Below are positions 39,346 through 48,487 of a stretch of DNA of 64,000 nucleotides, in pieces (within the stretch, counting starts at the first letter, position 1; each line of letters starts with the position of its first letter). The translations under genes and the position numbers were made by a program. This DNA is from an uncultured Poribacteria bacterium. Lineage in GTDB: Bacteria; Poribacteria; WGA-4E; WGA-3G. The stretch covers positions 64,001 through 128,000 of the forward strand of contig CATQHZ020000001.1 of NCBI GenBank assembly GCA_958296135.2. The letters are read 5' to 3'. Under the pieces are notes generated by a model, which saw only the letters and a program-made list of their open reading frames with translations, made no database searches and was not told the DNA's origin.

Positions 39346-39882
39346 ATGGGCGTGCTCACATCACCCTTGCCGGTAAAACCCATCATCGCCGTGCTGACAG
39401 CAGCACCGCCGCTGCTGCCAGCTGTCCATCAGGCTTTGGCGCGTCGCCTCGGCCCAATTGATTGGACCAGCGCGCTATTACCGTTTACGAACACGAATTA
39501 CTACGCGGCGGAGATGGGCGAGAATCTGCAACGGCAGTTTCTCAGTTTCGAGCAGCTCATGGACGCGGCGGAGTTGGCGGCGATGAAGAGGTTCACCAAT
39601 CAGGTAGAACAGGCGTTTGCGCGCGAAGGAACACACCATCGGCGCGTCAATTTAGACGCAGGCTACCTCTGCTCGGCGAAGCTTGTCCTCGCATCCACGA
39701 AGGACCACGCGCATCGCATCTATCTCCGCGACGGTATCTATGCCGAAATCACCCTCCGTTTCCATCGCAAAACGTTCCAGCCGTGGGCATGGACGTATCC
39801 GGATTATCGTTCACAAGCCTACATTGATATTTTTAATCACATTCGCACTATCTATAGGGAGCAACTGAAAAACATCTTATGA
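39346..39882 (+). CDS. DUF4416 family protein
   Basis: YYAAEMG, RRVNLDAGY, HRIYLRDGIYAE, WTYPDY. Confidence 0.85.
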   Translation: MGVLTSPLPVKPIIAVLTAAPPLLPAVHQALARRLGPIDWTSALLPFTNTNYYAAEMGENLQRQFLSFEQLMDAAELAAMKRFTNQVEQAFAREGTHHRRVNLDAGYLCSAKLVLASTKDHAHRIYLRDGIYAEITLRFHRKTFQPWAWTYPDYRSQAYIDIFNHIRTIYREQLKNIL

Positions 39883-41219
39883 ACACAACGTCACACCACT
39901 CCGTTCCTCGTAGCGCGGGGCCCTGTCCTCCGCCCTGTCCTCTGCCCTGTCCTCCGCGATGCCTCGGCCCTCAGGAGGTTCTCGTAAAAAAAGGGCCCCG
40001 AGGCCAACAGAACAAAAACGTCGTCATTGACAATGTCAATGAGGGTGCTCGTAAGGCAACTGTCTCTCAATTAGGGAGACTGGCCGAACGCCTGGCGATA
40101 TACAAAAAACTCGCGGTCATTTTTTTAACGCTGTTGACTCATACCCCGATAGTTTCTCAAGAAGCGGAGGTGCCTCGTGCGCGGGCACGGGAGCTCGGCA
40201 TTCGGATAGGGCAATTCTCACCGGGTGAAAACAACGCCATCACCGATGTGCCAGGCGTGAAGGTGGGACATGTCACGCTGAATGAAGGCGAGTCCCTCCG
40301 CACCGGTGTCACCGCTGTCGTGCCGCGGGAGGATATATGGGAGGCGCGGCTGTTTGGCGCGGCGCATGTCATACACGGCAATGGCGAGGCAACCGGCATC
40401 GCACGCATCAACCAAGCCGGTTGGATCGAATCGCCCATCTTGCTCACGAACACGCTGAGTGTCGGACCGGTTCACGATGGCGTTGTCCGGTATATCGTCA
40501 AGCGGTATCCTGATAACAACATTGTACTGCCGATTGTTGCAGAATGTTACGATGGCGGTTTGAACGACATTGATGGACTCCACGTCACCGCAGAACACGC
40601 AATTCAGGCGATAGAGAACGCTACCGCCGGCCCTGTCGCAGAAGGCTGTGTGGGCGCAGGCACGGGAATGCGGTGCTACGGCTTCAAAGCCGGAATTGGC
40701 ACTGCCTCGCGGGTGCTGCCACCCGAACGCGGCGGATGGCGAGTCGGGGTACTCGTTAATTCCAACGGCGGACGGCGGCATCAGTTGCGGATTGACGGCG
40801 TGCCAGTGGGACAAGAAATTACGGATGTTCGCGCAAAACGGGGCAGAGACGGCTCGTTTATCATCGTCATCGCGACAGATGCACCGTTAACGCATCGCCA
40901 GTTGAAACAGATAGCGGTGCGCGCGACGCACGGCCTTGCGCGCACCGGCACCCCAAGCACAGACGGCAGCGGCGAGTTCGTCATCGCATTCTCCACGGCG
41001 AACGTAATCCCAGACGATACGGCAGACGGCACCTTTCCGATTCGGATGACGGAAAATTGGCGGTTGAGTGCCCTCTTTCAGGCAGCAATTGAGGCGACAG
41101 AGGAGGCAGTTGTCAATTCAATGACGATGGCGACGACAACCGTCGGCCGCAACGGGAATACGATGTATGCTATTCCGTTGGAGCGGTTGCAACAGGTAAT
41201 GGAGAAATATGGACGTTAG
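39879..41219 (+). CDS. P1/S58 (DmpA-like) aminopeptidase; true start may lie downstream of the repeat-derived N-terminus
   Basis: NAITDVPGVKVGH, GAGTGM, DGSFIIVIATDAPL autoprocessing site, EATEEA. Confidence 0.9.
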   Translation: MNTTSHHSVPRSAGPCPPPCPLPCPPRCLGPQEVLVKKGPRGQQNKNVVIDNVNEGARKATVSQLGRLAERLAIYKKLAVIFLTLLTHTPIVSQEAEVPRARARELGIRIGQFSPGENNAITDVPGVKVGHVTLNEGESLRTGVTAVVPREDIWEARLFGAAHVIHGNGEATGIARINQAGWIESPILLTNTLSVGPVHDGVVRYIVKRYPDNNIVLPIVAECYDGGLNDIDGLHVTAEHAIQAIENATAGPVAEGCVGAGTGMRCYGFKAGIGTASRVLPPERGGWRVGVLVNSNGGRRHQLRIDGVPVGQEITDVRAKRGRDGSFIIVIATDAPLTHRQLKQIAVRATHGLARTGTPSTDGSGEFVIAFSTANVIPDDTADGTFPIRMTENWRLSALFQAAIEATEEAVVNSMTMATTTVGRNGNTMYAIPLERLQQVMEKYGR

Positions 41220-41297
41220 GCCCCGTAGGCGCAGTTTGGCACCGCGCACAGGACGATTTAGTTCTCCCAAATTCGGTTCATTTTCACCGGCGGGCGG

Positions 41298-43538
41298 CTA
41301 TTGAACGCTTTGCACCAATACGAACGACTTTGGCACGACATCGTAATGCGAAAACTCTAACGTGAACGCACCGCGGCCCTGTGTCATAGAACGGAGTGAC
41401 GTTGTGTATTGGAACGTTTCTGACAACGGAATCAGGGCTTTGATAATGGTGACTGTCTCCTGACGCATCCCACTCTCATGAATCTGGGCGCGGCGGGCAT
41501 TCAGGTCACCGATGACTTTGCCGACATGCGCGTCTGGGACAGTGACATGTATCTGCATGATGGGTTCGAGAAGCAACGGGTTCGCCTTTCTCACCGCATT
41601 TTCAAAAGCGAGGACAGCGGCCGCTTCATACGCTATTTCTGAGGAATCTGTCGGATGCATAGAACCCCCGGTGAGCGTTACCTTGATGTCCTGCAGTGCG
41701 TATCCGATGAGCGCGCCTGTCCCCATCGCGCGGCGGAGCGCATGCTGAATAGATGGAATATAGTGGCGCGGTATATGAGTCTCGTCCGTGGTATCCGCAA
41801 ACTGAAAACCCGCGCCGCGTGCCAGCGGCTCCACGGTGAGAGTGACATCTCCGTAGATGCCTTCCTCGTCTGTCTTATGAATGTGTGTGCCGCGTGCTTC
41901 CGCCGCACTGCCGATGGTCTCCCGATACGCCACCTGCAATTGGCTCACCCGCGCGTTCACGCCGAATTCGCGCAGCATCCGGTCTGTCAAGATTTCCAAG
42001 TGGAGTTCACCCATCCCAGAGATGATGCGTTGTCCCGTCTCTTTGTCGATACCGACAGTGAACGTCGGGTCTTCGTCCATCAATTTCTGGAGTGTTTCCT
42101 CTAGCGCGTCTGCATCGCTAGCGCGTTCCGGTTCAATCGCAATGGAAATGACCGGGGGTGGAAAGTCGATGGAGGCGAGCAGGATAGGATGCGCCGGTTC
42201 TGTCAACGTATCCCCTGTTTTCGTATGCTTCAGGCCCACGAGCGCGACAATGTCGCCTGCGTAAGCGGCATCGCGCACCGCCTCTTTATTGGCGTGCATC
42301 TGGAGGATGCGGTTTATCCGTTCCCGTTTTCCGGTGCTGACGTTCATAACGACTTCGCCGCGTCTGAGCGTGCCTGAATAGACGCGGCAGTATACCAATT
42401 TATCGACGGTGGGGTGGCTTACCACCTTAAACGCTAGCGCAGAAAAAGGTGCTTCGTCGTTCGCCATGCGTTCGGCTTTTTCGTCGTTCGCGAGGCGTTC
42501 GGCTTTTTCGTCGTTCGCGAGGCGTTCGGCGTGCATCTCTGGTGGTGCGACAGTTGTCTTACCAGGGCCGTCATCAACGTTGTTGATGACTAGGTTTTGG
42601 ATGCTATTTTGGTACGGTAGGGCATCGGGGATTGTCCCTTGAATGGGGGGCACGTCAAGAGGCGATGGCAGAAAATTTATCACTGCATCCAGCAGCGGCT
42701 GAACGCCGACATTTTTCAAGGCACTGCCGCACAGCACTGGCACTAACGTTCCGTTCAGCGTCGCAGTGCGGATGCCCCCCACTAATTCTGCGCATGTGAG
42801 TTCCTCACCGGCGAAATATTTTTCCAGCAGCGCGTCATCTTCGGCGGCGACGCTTTCACAGAGGTTCTCCCGCGCGCGGGCGATTTGCTCGCGTGTCGGT
42901 AGCGCAGGCGACTCGCCCCCATGCTCACTCAGCTGCCAAAGTTCAACTTCACGATAGGTTTGCCCGAAGTCTTCCGAGTTCCAGTAGAGTGCCTTCTGTG
43001 TGAGAAGATCGGTGATGCCGACGAAGGTGTTTCCTTCACCGATAGGCAACTGAAGGGGCAGTGGGTTTGCGCCAAGCCGTTCATGCATCATCGCGAGGGT
43101 GCGGGCGAAATTCGCGCCGACTCTATCCATCTTATTGACGAATGCGATACGCGGGACACCGTAGCGTTCCGCCTGATGCCAGATAGTCTCGGACTGTGGC
43201 TCCACGCCACCGACAGCACAGAAGAGCGCGATGGCACCATCTAAAACGCGCAGCGAACGTTCGACTTCTACCGTGAAATCGACGTGTCCGGGGGTATCGA
43301 TGAGATGCAGCGCGCAGTTGTGCCAGAAACAGGTAGTTGCAGCAGCGGTGATAGTCACGCCGCGCTCGCGCTCCTGCACCATCCAATCCATCTCGGCGGT
43401 GCCATCGTCTACCGTGCCGATTTTATGTTTCTTGCCGGTAGTGTAGAGGATACGTTCGGTGACTGTCGTCTTGCCAGCATCGATGTGCGCGGCAATGCCA
43501 ATGTTACGAACGTGCTGAATCGAAGTATCACGTGCCAT
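41298..43538 (-). CDS. fusA: elongation factor G (stand-alone, divergent copy)
   Basis: [38 protein letters not shown]. Confidence 0.9.
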   Translation of the reverse strand: MARDTSIQHVRNIGIAAHIDAGKTTVTERILYTTGKKHKIGTVDDGTAEMDWMVQERERGVTITAAATTCFWHNCALHLIDTPGHVDFTVEVERSLRVLDGAIALFCAVGGVEPQSETIWHQAERYGVPRIAFVNKMDRVGANFARTLAMMHERLGANPLPLQLPIGEGNTFVGITDLLTQKALYWNSEDFGQTYREVELWQLSEHGGESPALPTREQIARARENLCESVAAEDDALLEKYFAGEELTCAELVGGIRTATLNGTLVPVLCGSALKNVGVQPLLDAVINFLPSPLDVPPIQGTIPDALPYQNSIQNLVINNVDDGPGKTTVAPPEMHAERLANDEKAERLANDEKAERMANDEAPFSALAFKVVSHPTVDKLVYCRVYSGTLRRGEVVMNVSTGKRERINRILQMHANKEAVRDAAYAGDIVALVGLKHTKTGDTLTEPAHPILLASIDFPPPVISIAIEPERASDADALEETLQKLMDEDPTFTVGIDKETGQRIISGMGELHLEILTDRMLREFGVNARVSQLQVAYRETIGSAAEARGTHIHKTDEEGIYGDVTLTVEPLARGAGFQFADTTDETHIPRHYIPSIQHALRRAMGTGALIGYALQDIKVTLTGGSMHPTDSSEIAYEAAAVLAFENAVRKANPLLLEPIMQIHVTVPDAHVGKVIGDLNARRAQIHESGMRQETVTIIKALIPLSETFQYTTSLRSMTQGRGAFTLEFSHYDVVPKSFVLVQSVQ
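42549..42590 (-). repeat. best-conserved copy of a dispersed ~38-bp hairpin element (in frame inside EF-G)
   Basis: GTCATCAAC-AAC-GTTGATGAC-GGCCCTGGTAAGACAAC; relatives near 13262, 14522, 16807, 18232, 19491, 22594, 24574, 38974, 40023. Confidence 0.8.
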
Positions 43539-43659
43539 TTTTCTCTATTGGCGCAAAGCGTTCGGCAAAGGGGGGAATTGCCTTTACGTTTCAGCTGCGC
43601 TGAGGCCTCCTTAACTAGGTTTCTTTGGTGTCTGCATTTCGCATTGGAAAGGATTTGGC

Positions 43660-44679
43660 TTATCCGTGAGAAGAACTCCATTGGAGAACCACGCCGAGCA
43701 GCCCAGGATTCCATGCCATGAGCAGTTGATACGCCTTCGGTGCTTCCTCACCGCGCACGCGGTGCGTGATAAGCGGCGCGACGGTGAACCGTTTCTGTGC
43801 AATGAGCGAGAGCATGAGTCTGCTGTCGTCTTCAAGCGTCCAGAAGTGCGGAGATGTCTCGTGGCGGGGCCTGATGGAATTGTGCGCGCCATACAGTATC
43901 AACCCCTTTTTATGCACATCTCGGTAGAAGTTGACGTTCGGCGTTTCGCCACGCGTGCTTGCGAGGATGACAACGCGCGCGCCCCATCCCGCTACGTCTA
44001 ACGCGGTGCTGATGGCATCCGGATGCCCCGTCGCTTCAATGACAACCGCCGGGCCGGCACCGTTCGTCACAGCAGCTAATTGCTCAGTGAAGTCGGCATC
44101 TTCAGGGTTGAGTGTGCAATCGGCACCGATACGTTTGGAGGTGCCAAGGCGGCTGTCTGTCAAATCTGCCGCGATGGCTGGCACTGCGCCGCTCAGTTTG
44201 GCCAGCTGTAGCGCGAGCAACCCGACGAGGCCTTGTCCAAGCACCAACGTGGGTTCGCCGAGTTCAATTCGCGCCTTCCGCACGCCTTGCAAAGCAATCG
44301 CGCCGAGATTAAAGAAGACAGCTTCATCGCCAGGCACGTCGGGCGTTTTGGAATCAGACGATGCTAATCTCAGCAGGCGAGCCGGTGTCGTAACGAAGTG
44401 GCTGGTGTGTCCGCCTGTGGAGGCGACGCGCTCGCCGACTTCACACGCGGTGACAGCTTTCCCCACCGCGATAACCTTGCCGATATTGCTGTAGCCGGGG
44501 CGCGAGGGGAACCCACCTCGGGTATTCGGCAGGCCCAATAAAAACGCGCGTTCGGTGCCGGGGCTGATGAGAGTGCATTCGGTTTCAACAAGCACTTCGT
44601 CATCGCCGATGGCGGGTATCTCAAATTCTTCAATGTCGACTTTGGCCTGTTCTGGCCAAATAACCCGTTTTCCTCTCAT
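43660..44679 (-). CDS. MDR-family (zinc-binding-type) alcohol dehydrogenase
   Basis: ISPGTE, PGYSNIG, GQGLVG, VIEATG. Confidence 0.85.
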   Translation of the reverse strand: MRGKRVIWPEQAKVDIEEFEIPAIGDDEVLVETECTLISPGTERAFLLGLPNTRGGFPSRPGYSNIGKVIAVGKAVTACEVGERVASTGGHTSHFVTTPARLLRLASSDSKTPDVPGDEAVFFNLGAIALQGVRKARIELGEPTLVLGQGLVGLLALQLAKLSGAVPAIAADLTDSRLGTSKRIGADCTLNPEDADFTEQLAAVTNGAGPAVVIEATGHPDAISTALDVAGWGARVVILASTRGETPNVNFYRDVHKKGLILYGAHNSIRPRHETSPHFWTLEDDSRLMLSLIAQKRFTVAPLITHRVRGEEAPKAYQLLMAWNPGLLGVVLQWSSSHG

Positions 44680-44720
44680 ATTTTTTCTTTCCTGTATCGC
44701 GCAATGCGCTCGGGGCTAGC

Positions 44721-44753
44721 TCCGGTAGGCGCGCTTTGAAAGCGCGCCTACCG
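44721..44753. repeat. GTAG-type REP palindrome (family ccggtaggcgcg-N7-cgcgcctaccgg)
   Basis: Perfect copy; relatives near 2725, 3573, 9101, 9692, 10085, 27683, 34315, 41222, 47199, 55659, 62578. Confidence 0.85.
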
Positions 44754-44774
44754 GGTTTGTTCTGCGGCCGTAAA

Positions 44775-46331
44775 TTACCGGTCTGCTAGTTCCAGATTGA
44801 GGGTAACGTAACCGGTTCCCTGTCCGTTCGGCGATTTGACGTAGAGAAGGATGCGCTTTTCCTCACTCACTTCCAGCCGTCGCACCAGGGCGGAATACGT
44901 TTCTAGCGTGTCAATTGGCGTGTATTCCATTTCTTGGATGAGGGCTCCGGGAGTGATGCCCTTCTTCTCTGCATCGCTGCCCTTCGCGACGTGCATGACG
45001 ATTACGCCCGTTTCACTGGATGAATAACCGTATCGTTCGGCGAGTGCGGGAGTCAGTGCTTGGACATGAAGCCCGGCAAAACCGGTGTGTTGCATGTCGT
45101 CAGATTCCGCAAAAGCCTCTCGTTGTGCGTCCAGTTTTGTGATGACTGCCTCGGTCCGCTTTCCCAATGTGACGGTGAACTGTTTTTCCTCGCCGCCCTT
45201 CCGCAGGACTTTCACCGCCACAGACTTCCCGACAGGCGTTGCGCCGACAGCATGCATAAGATGATTCATGTCGCGTATGGCTTGCCCATCAAATTCAATG
45301 AGGACATCGGCGCGGCGCAAACCTGCTTTTGCCGCAGGGCTACCTCGGCCGACTGCCGCGATGAACGCACCGCGTGGGGCATCAAACTTGAGTTTCTTTG
45401 CTAAATCTTTATCAACATCTCTCATCGAGATGCCGAGCCAGCCGCGTTCAACTTTGCCGTCTTTGATCAGTTGTGGCAAGATGTCTTTTGCGGTGTTACT
45501 GGGAATGGCAAATCCGATGCCGATGTTCCCGGTAGTGAAGCCGCCGGTGGCGATTAACGTATTAATGCCGACAAGTTCGCCGCGGATGTTAATGAGCGCA
45601 CCGCCGCTGTTACCGCGGTTAATCGGGGCATCCGTCTGTATGAACCGCCCGTATTGAATGCTACGGAAGCCATCGCGCCCCTTCGCGCTGACAATGCCGC
45701 GCGTCACAGTTTGCGAGAATTCCAGCGGTGTCCCAATTGCGATAACCCACTCGCCGACTTCAAGGACATCCGAATCACCGAACGGAAGAACCGGCAGCCC
45801 CTCCGCATCGATTTTTAGCACAGCCAAATCGGTGCCACTCACGGTGTTACCGGCCGGGTCGCGCCCGATGAGTTTCGCGGCATATTCGCTACCGTCTTCC
45901 AGCGTCACCGTTATCTCATCGGCACCCTCAATAACATGATTATTGGTGAGAATGTATCCATCTTCACTGACGATTACGCCGGAACCAAGGCCGCGTTGAC
46001 GGTGGCGGCGTTCTTCCTCATCGCGCGGCAGAGGGCCATCAAAATAGAACCGAAACCAGTCCGACGCGCGGATATCTATCTCTTTACTCGTCTGAATTTT
46101 GACAACGGCCGGACGCGTCTGCTGCACTAACGCAATAAACGCCCGGTTCGCGCGTGCCAATGCCTGAAAATCGTCTGAATTTTGAAACGTTTCGTGGGTT
46201 TGCCCGATAGCGATTGGCACCGAGAAGTCCTCGCCCCCCCGGTTGATGAAGAACCCCGAAACAGCGATAAGCCCGACGAAAATGAGAAGGAACCCCACAC
46301 GTTTCTGCAGGGCGGTTTTGGGTTTGAACAT
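44775..46331 (-). CDS. Do/DegQ (HtrA) serine protease with two PDZ domains
   Basis: TNNHVI, DLAVLK, QTDAPINRGNSGG; ATG at 46331 with GGAGG RBS. Confidence 0.93.
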   Translation of the reverse strand: MFKPKTALQKRVGFLLIFVGLIAVSGFFINRGGEDFSVPIAIGQTHETFQNSDDFQALARANRAFIALVQQTRPAVVKIQTSKEIDIRASDWFRFYFDGPLPRDEEERRHRQRGLGSGVIVSEDGYILTNNHVIEGADEITVTLEDGSEYAAKLIGRDPAGNTVSGTDLAVLKIDAEGLPVLPFGDSDVLEVGEWVIAIGTPLEFSQTVTRGIVSAKGRDGFRSIQYGRFIQTDAPINRGNSGGALINIRGELVGINTLIATGGFTTGNIGIGFAIPSNTAKDILPQLIKDGKVERGWLGISMRDVDKDLAKKLKFDAPRGAFIAAVGRGSPAAKAGLRRADVLIEFDGQAIRDMNHLMHAVGATPVGKSVAVKVLRKGGEEKQFTVTLGKRTEAVITKLDAQREAFAESDDMQHTGFAGLHVQALTPALAERYGYSSSETGVIVMHVAKGSDAEKKGITPGALIQEMEYTPIDTLETYSALVRRLEVSEEKRILLYVKSPNGQGTGYVTLNLELADR

Positions 46332-46489
46332 GAAAGTTAACCTCCGTTTCAAATTTGGTTTTTGGTATTTACGCTTTAAAAACACACCTATCCCGCCATA
46401 AAGTTCCCAAAAAATTAGCAGTCCTGAAAATGAGTGGAAAAGCCTTGATTCCGACAATTGACAATTATTCGCGCACCCTTCACTCTCTC

Positions 46490-46637
46490 CCGTAGTGCGC
46501 GTTCCTGTGCTCGCAATTCTGTCTCTCTCACGCTCGTAGCGCGAGGTCTTGTGCCTCGCGATGCCTTGCGCGTCTCCAGGTTTTCTTCAACCGTCTTTTC
46601 CCGTAGCGCGAGGTCTTGTGCCTCGCGATGCCTCGCG
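46490..46637. repeat. three GTAG-type REP copies
   Basis: cgtagcgcgaggtcttgtgcctcgcgatgcc twice plus one degenerate copy. Confidence 0.75.
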
Positions 46638-46658
46638 TGTCTCAAGGGCGATGGCCTT

Positions 46659-47027
46659 TTACCGGGCCGAAGGCTTCGCGCCTATACGGGAAATCCGTTT
46701 GACGTGTTCGCTGACGACAGGTGCCGGACACATCCGAATGAATAGCCACGCACCCGGCACCAGAATAACAAAGGTACCGATGAGAAGATCATCGATGTGG
46801 CCGAAGATTGGCAGAAAATCGAAATCGAGCGGATTCACGAAATAGGCAATGGCGAAGGCTACCGCGAGGAGCTCCGCTAGCAACAGAATCGCCTTCCGAT
46901 AGATAGGCACGCGCTCGTCACCGAACAGCCGCCACGTCAACCGGATGAAATTCGGAAAATGGAGTAAGATGCGTAACAGGCGGAAACGCCCTCGGCTGTC
47001 CCCGCGAAAGAAAAAAGGGTTCATCAT
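46659..47027 (-). CDS. DUF1232 (YkvA) family protein
   Basis: YFVNPLDFDFLPIFGHIDD; D.RVP..K. Confidence 0.85.
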   Translation of the reverse strand: MMNPFFFRGDSRGRFRLLRILLHFPNFIRLTWRLFGDERVPIYRKAILLLAELLAVAFAIAYFVNPLDFDFLPIFGHIDDLLIGTFVILVPGAWLFIRMCPAPVVSEHVKRISRIGAKPSAR

Positions 47028-47137
47028 GGTTTCTTATGTTGATATTTCCTATACCGTAGGGCGAAGGTCCTGTCCCTCGCCAGCCACCTATCAAAAGTAT
47101 ACCAAAAATCTCCTTTCTATGCAACTTATTTTTTCTC

Positions 47138-47166
47138 TTGACATCTCGCGGAATTTTAGGTAAATT
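47138..47166 (+). promoter_or_regulatory. putative sigma70 promoter
   Basis: TTGACA-17 bp-TAAATT upstream of 47294. Confidence 0.5.
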
Positions 47167-47293
47167 GTCAAGATGGACGCAAATGTCATCATTCTCCACC
47201 GGTAGGTGCGGTTTTTAACCGCACCTACCGGGTTAGGTCTGCGTCAATCCTATTGTTTGCAAAGCCTATATTTCACAGAGAGGGACACAACTC

Positions 47294-48058
47294 ATGACAA
47301 CACAAATTGCAGCGCAACTCTATACGGTTCGCGACTTCACCAAAACCGAGGTGGGCATTGCCGAAACGATCAAAAAGGTGCGGCGGCTCGGCTACGAGGC
47401 AGTGCAATGCTCCGCGCTCGGCCCGATTTCACCGGCGGCACTGAAAACCATCGTCGATGGCGAAGGCATCACTATCTGTGCAACGCATACCGACTACGCC
47501 CGGATGCGCGACGAACCGCAAGCCGTCATTGACGAGCACCAATTGTGGGGATGCAAACACGCCGCTATCGGCGGTATCCCCGGCGAGTATCGCAATGCCG
47601 AAGGGTTTGCGACGTTCGCGAAGGAAGCATCCGAAGTCGCCGCACGCCTCGCTGAAGGCGGCATCACCTTTTCCTATCACAACCACAGTTTTGAGCTCGA
47701 ACGCTTTGACGGCCGCACCGGCCTGGACATCCTCTACGAAGAAAGCGACCCGGCCTATTTCCACAGCGAACTCGATACCTACTGGATCCAGCACGGCGGC
47801 GGAGACCCGGCCGCGTGGATTCGGAAGTTAAAAGGCCGCGCCGCTATCCTCCATGTCAAGGACATGGCGATGCAGGGCTCCACCCAACGCTTCGCCGAAG
47901 TCGGCGAAGGCAACCTCAACTGGCCCGCCATTTTGGAGGCTTGCACGGAGGCAGGCGTCGCATGGTATATCGTCGAGCAAGATGCGTGCTACGAACGCGA
48001 CCCCTTTGAAAGCCTCGGCATCAGCCTGCGGAACATGCAGGCGATGGGACTTGCGTAA
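47294..48058 (+). CDS. sugar phosphate isomerase/epimerase (xylose-isomerase-like TIM barrel)
   Basis: QLYTVR, YHNH..E, ELDTYW, LHVKD, IVEQD. Confidence 0.9.
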   Translation: MTTQIAAQLYTVRDFTKTEVGIAETIKKVRRLGYEAVQCSALGPISPAALKTIVDGEGITICATHTDYARMRDEPQAVIDEHQLWGCKHAAIGGIPGEYRNAEGFATFAKEASEVAARLAEGGITFSYHNHSFELERFDGRTGLDILYEESDPAYFHSELDTYWIQHGGGDPAAWIRKLKGRAAILHVKDMAMQGSTQRFAEVGEGNLNWPAILEACTEAGVAWYIVEQDACYERDPFESLGISLRNMQAMGLA

Positions 48059-48487
48059 CCTTATATTCTGTTTTTGATGTCAAACGCCATCAGTCGCCAC
48101 CGGGTCGACATCTGGACAGACTAGATAGGCTCATTTCTCGCAGGACCGTAACGTGACGGGTACCGACTACCGCATTGACGCGGCGCGCTCGGTATAGTTC
48201 GGGCTCGCCTGAGCCCGAACAGATCTGGTTTCCCTACAGAAACGAGACGAATCAGATTAATTCAGTTATTTTTTCTTGCTAATAAAACTTTTTTAGTCCA
48301 TAATGGTTACATGAAATTTCAGTCAATAAACGGCTAAATTTTGTCTGCTTGAAACGGGCGGATAGAGACATCCGCCCTTACAATTCAGCACGACAGTAGC
48401 ACAGCTGCCGCAGGGTTCCGCCGAGAAAAGCCCGAATTCATACTGAAACTTCATAAAACCATTTTGAGTGAAAGGGAGCCTGTAGAA

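Noticed and set aside
14522-42590. The 38-bp hairpin element as a CRISPR repeat or integron attC site
   Set aside because: Copies are isolated, kilobases apart, on both strands and often inside genes; no spacer periodicity, GTTRRRY/RYYYAAC box pair or integrase.
48060-48460. Riboswitch or ncRNA in the long intergenic region
   Set aside because: Only REP-like hairpins (48195-48222, 48356-48380) and short stems are visible; I could not match a known family. An Rfam/Infernal scan would decide.
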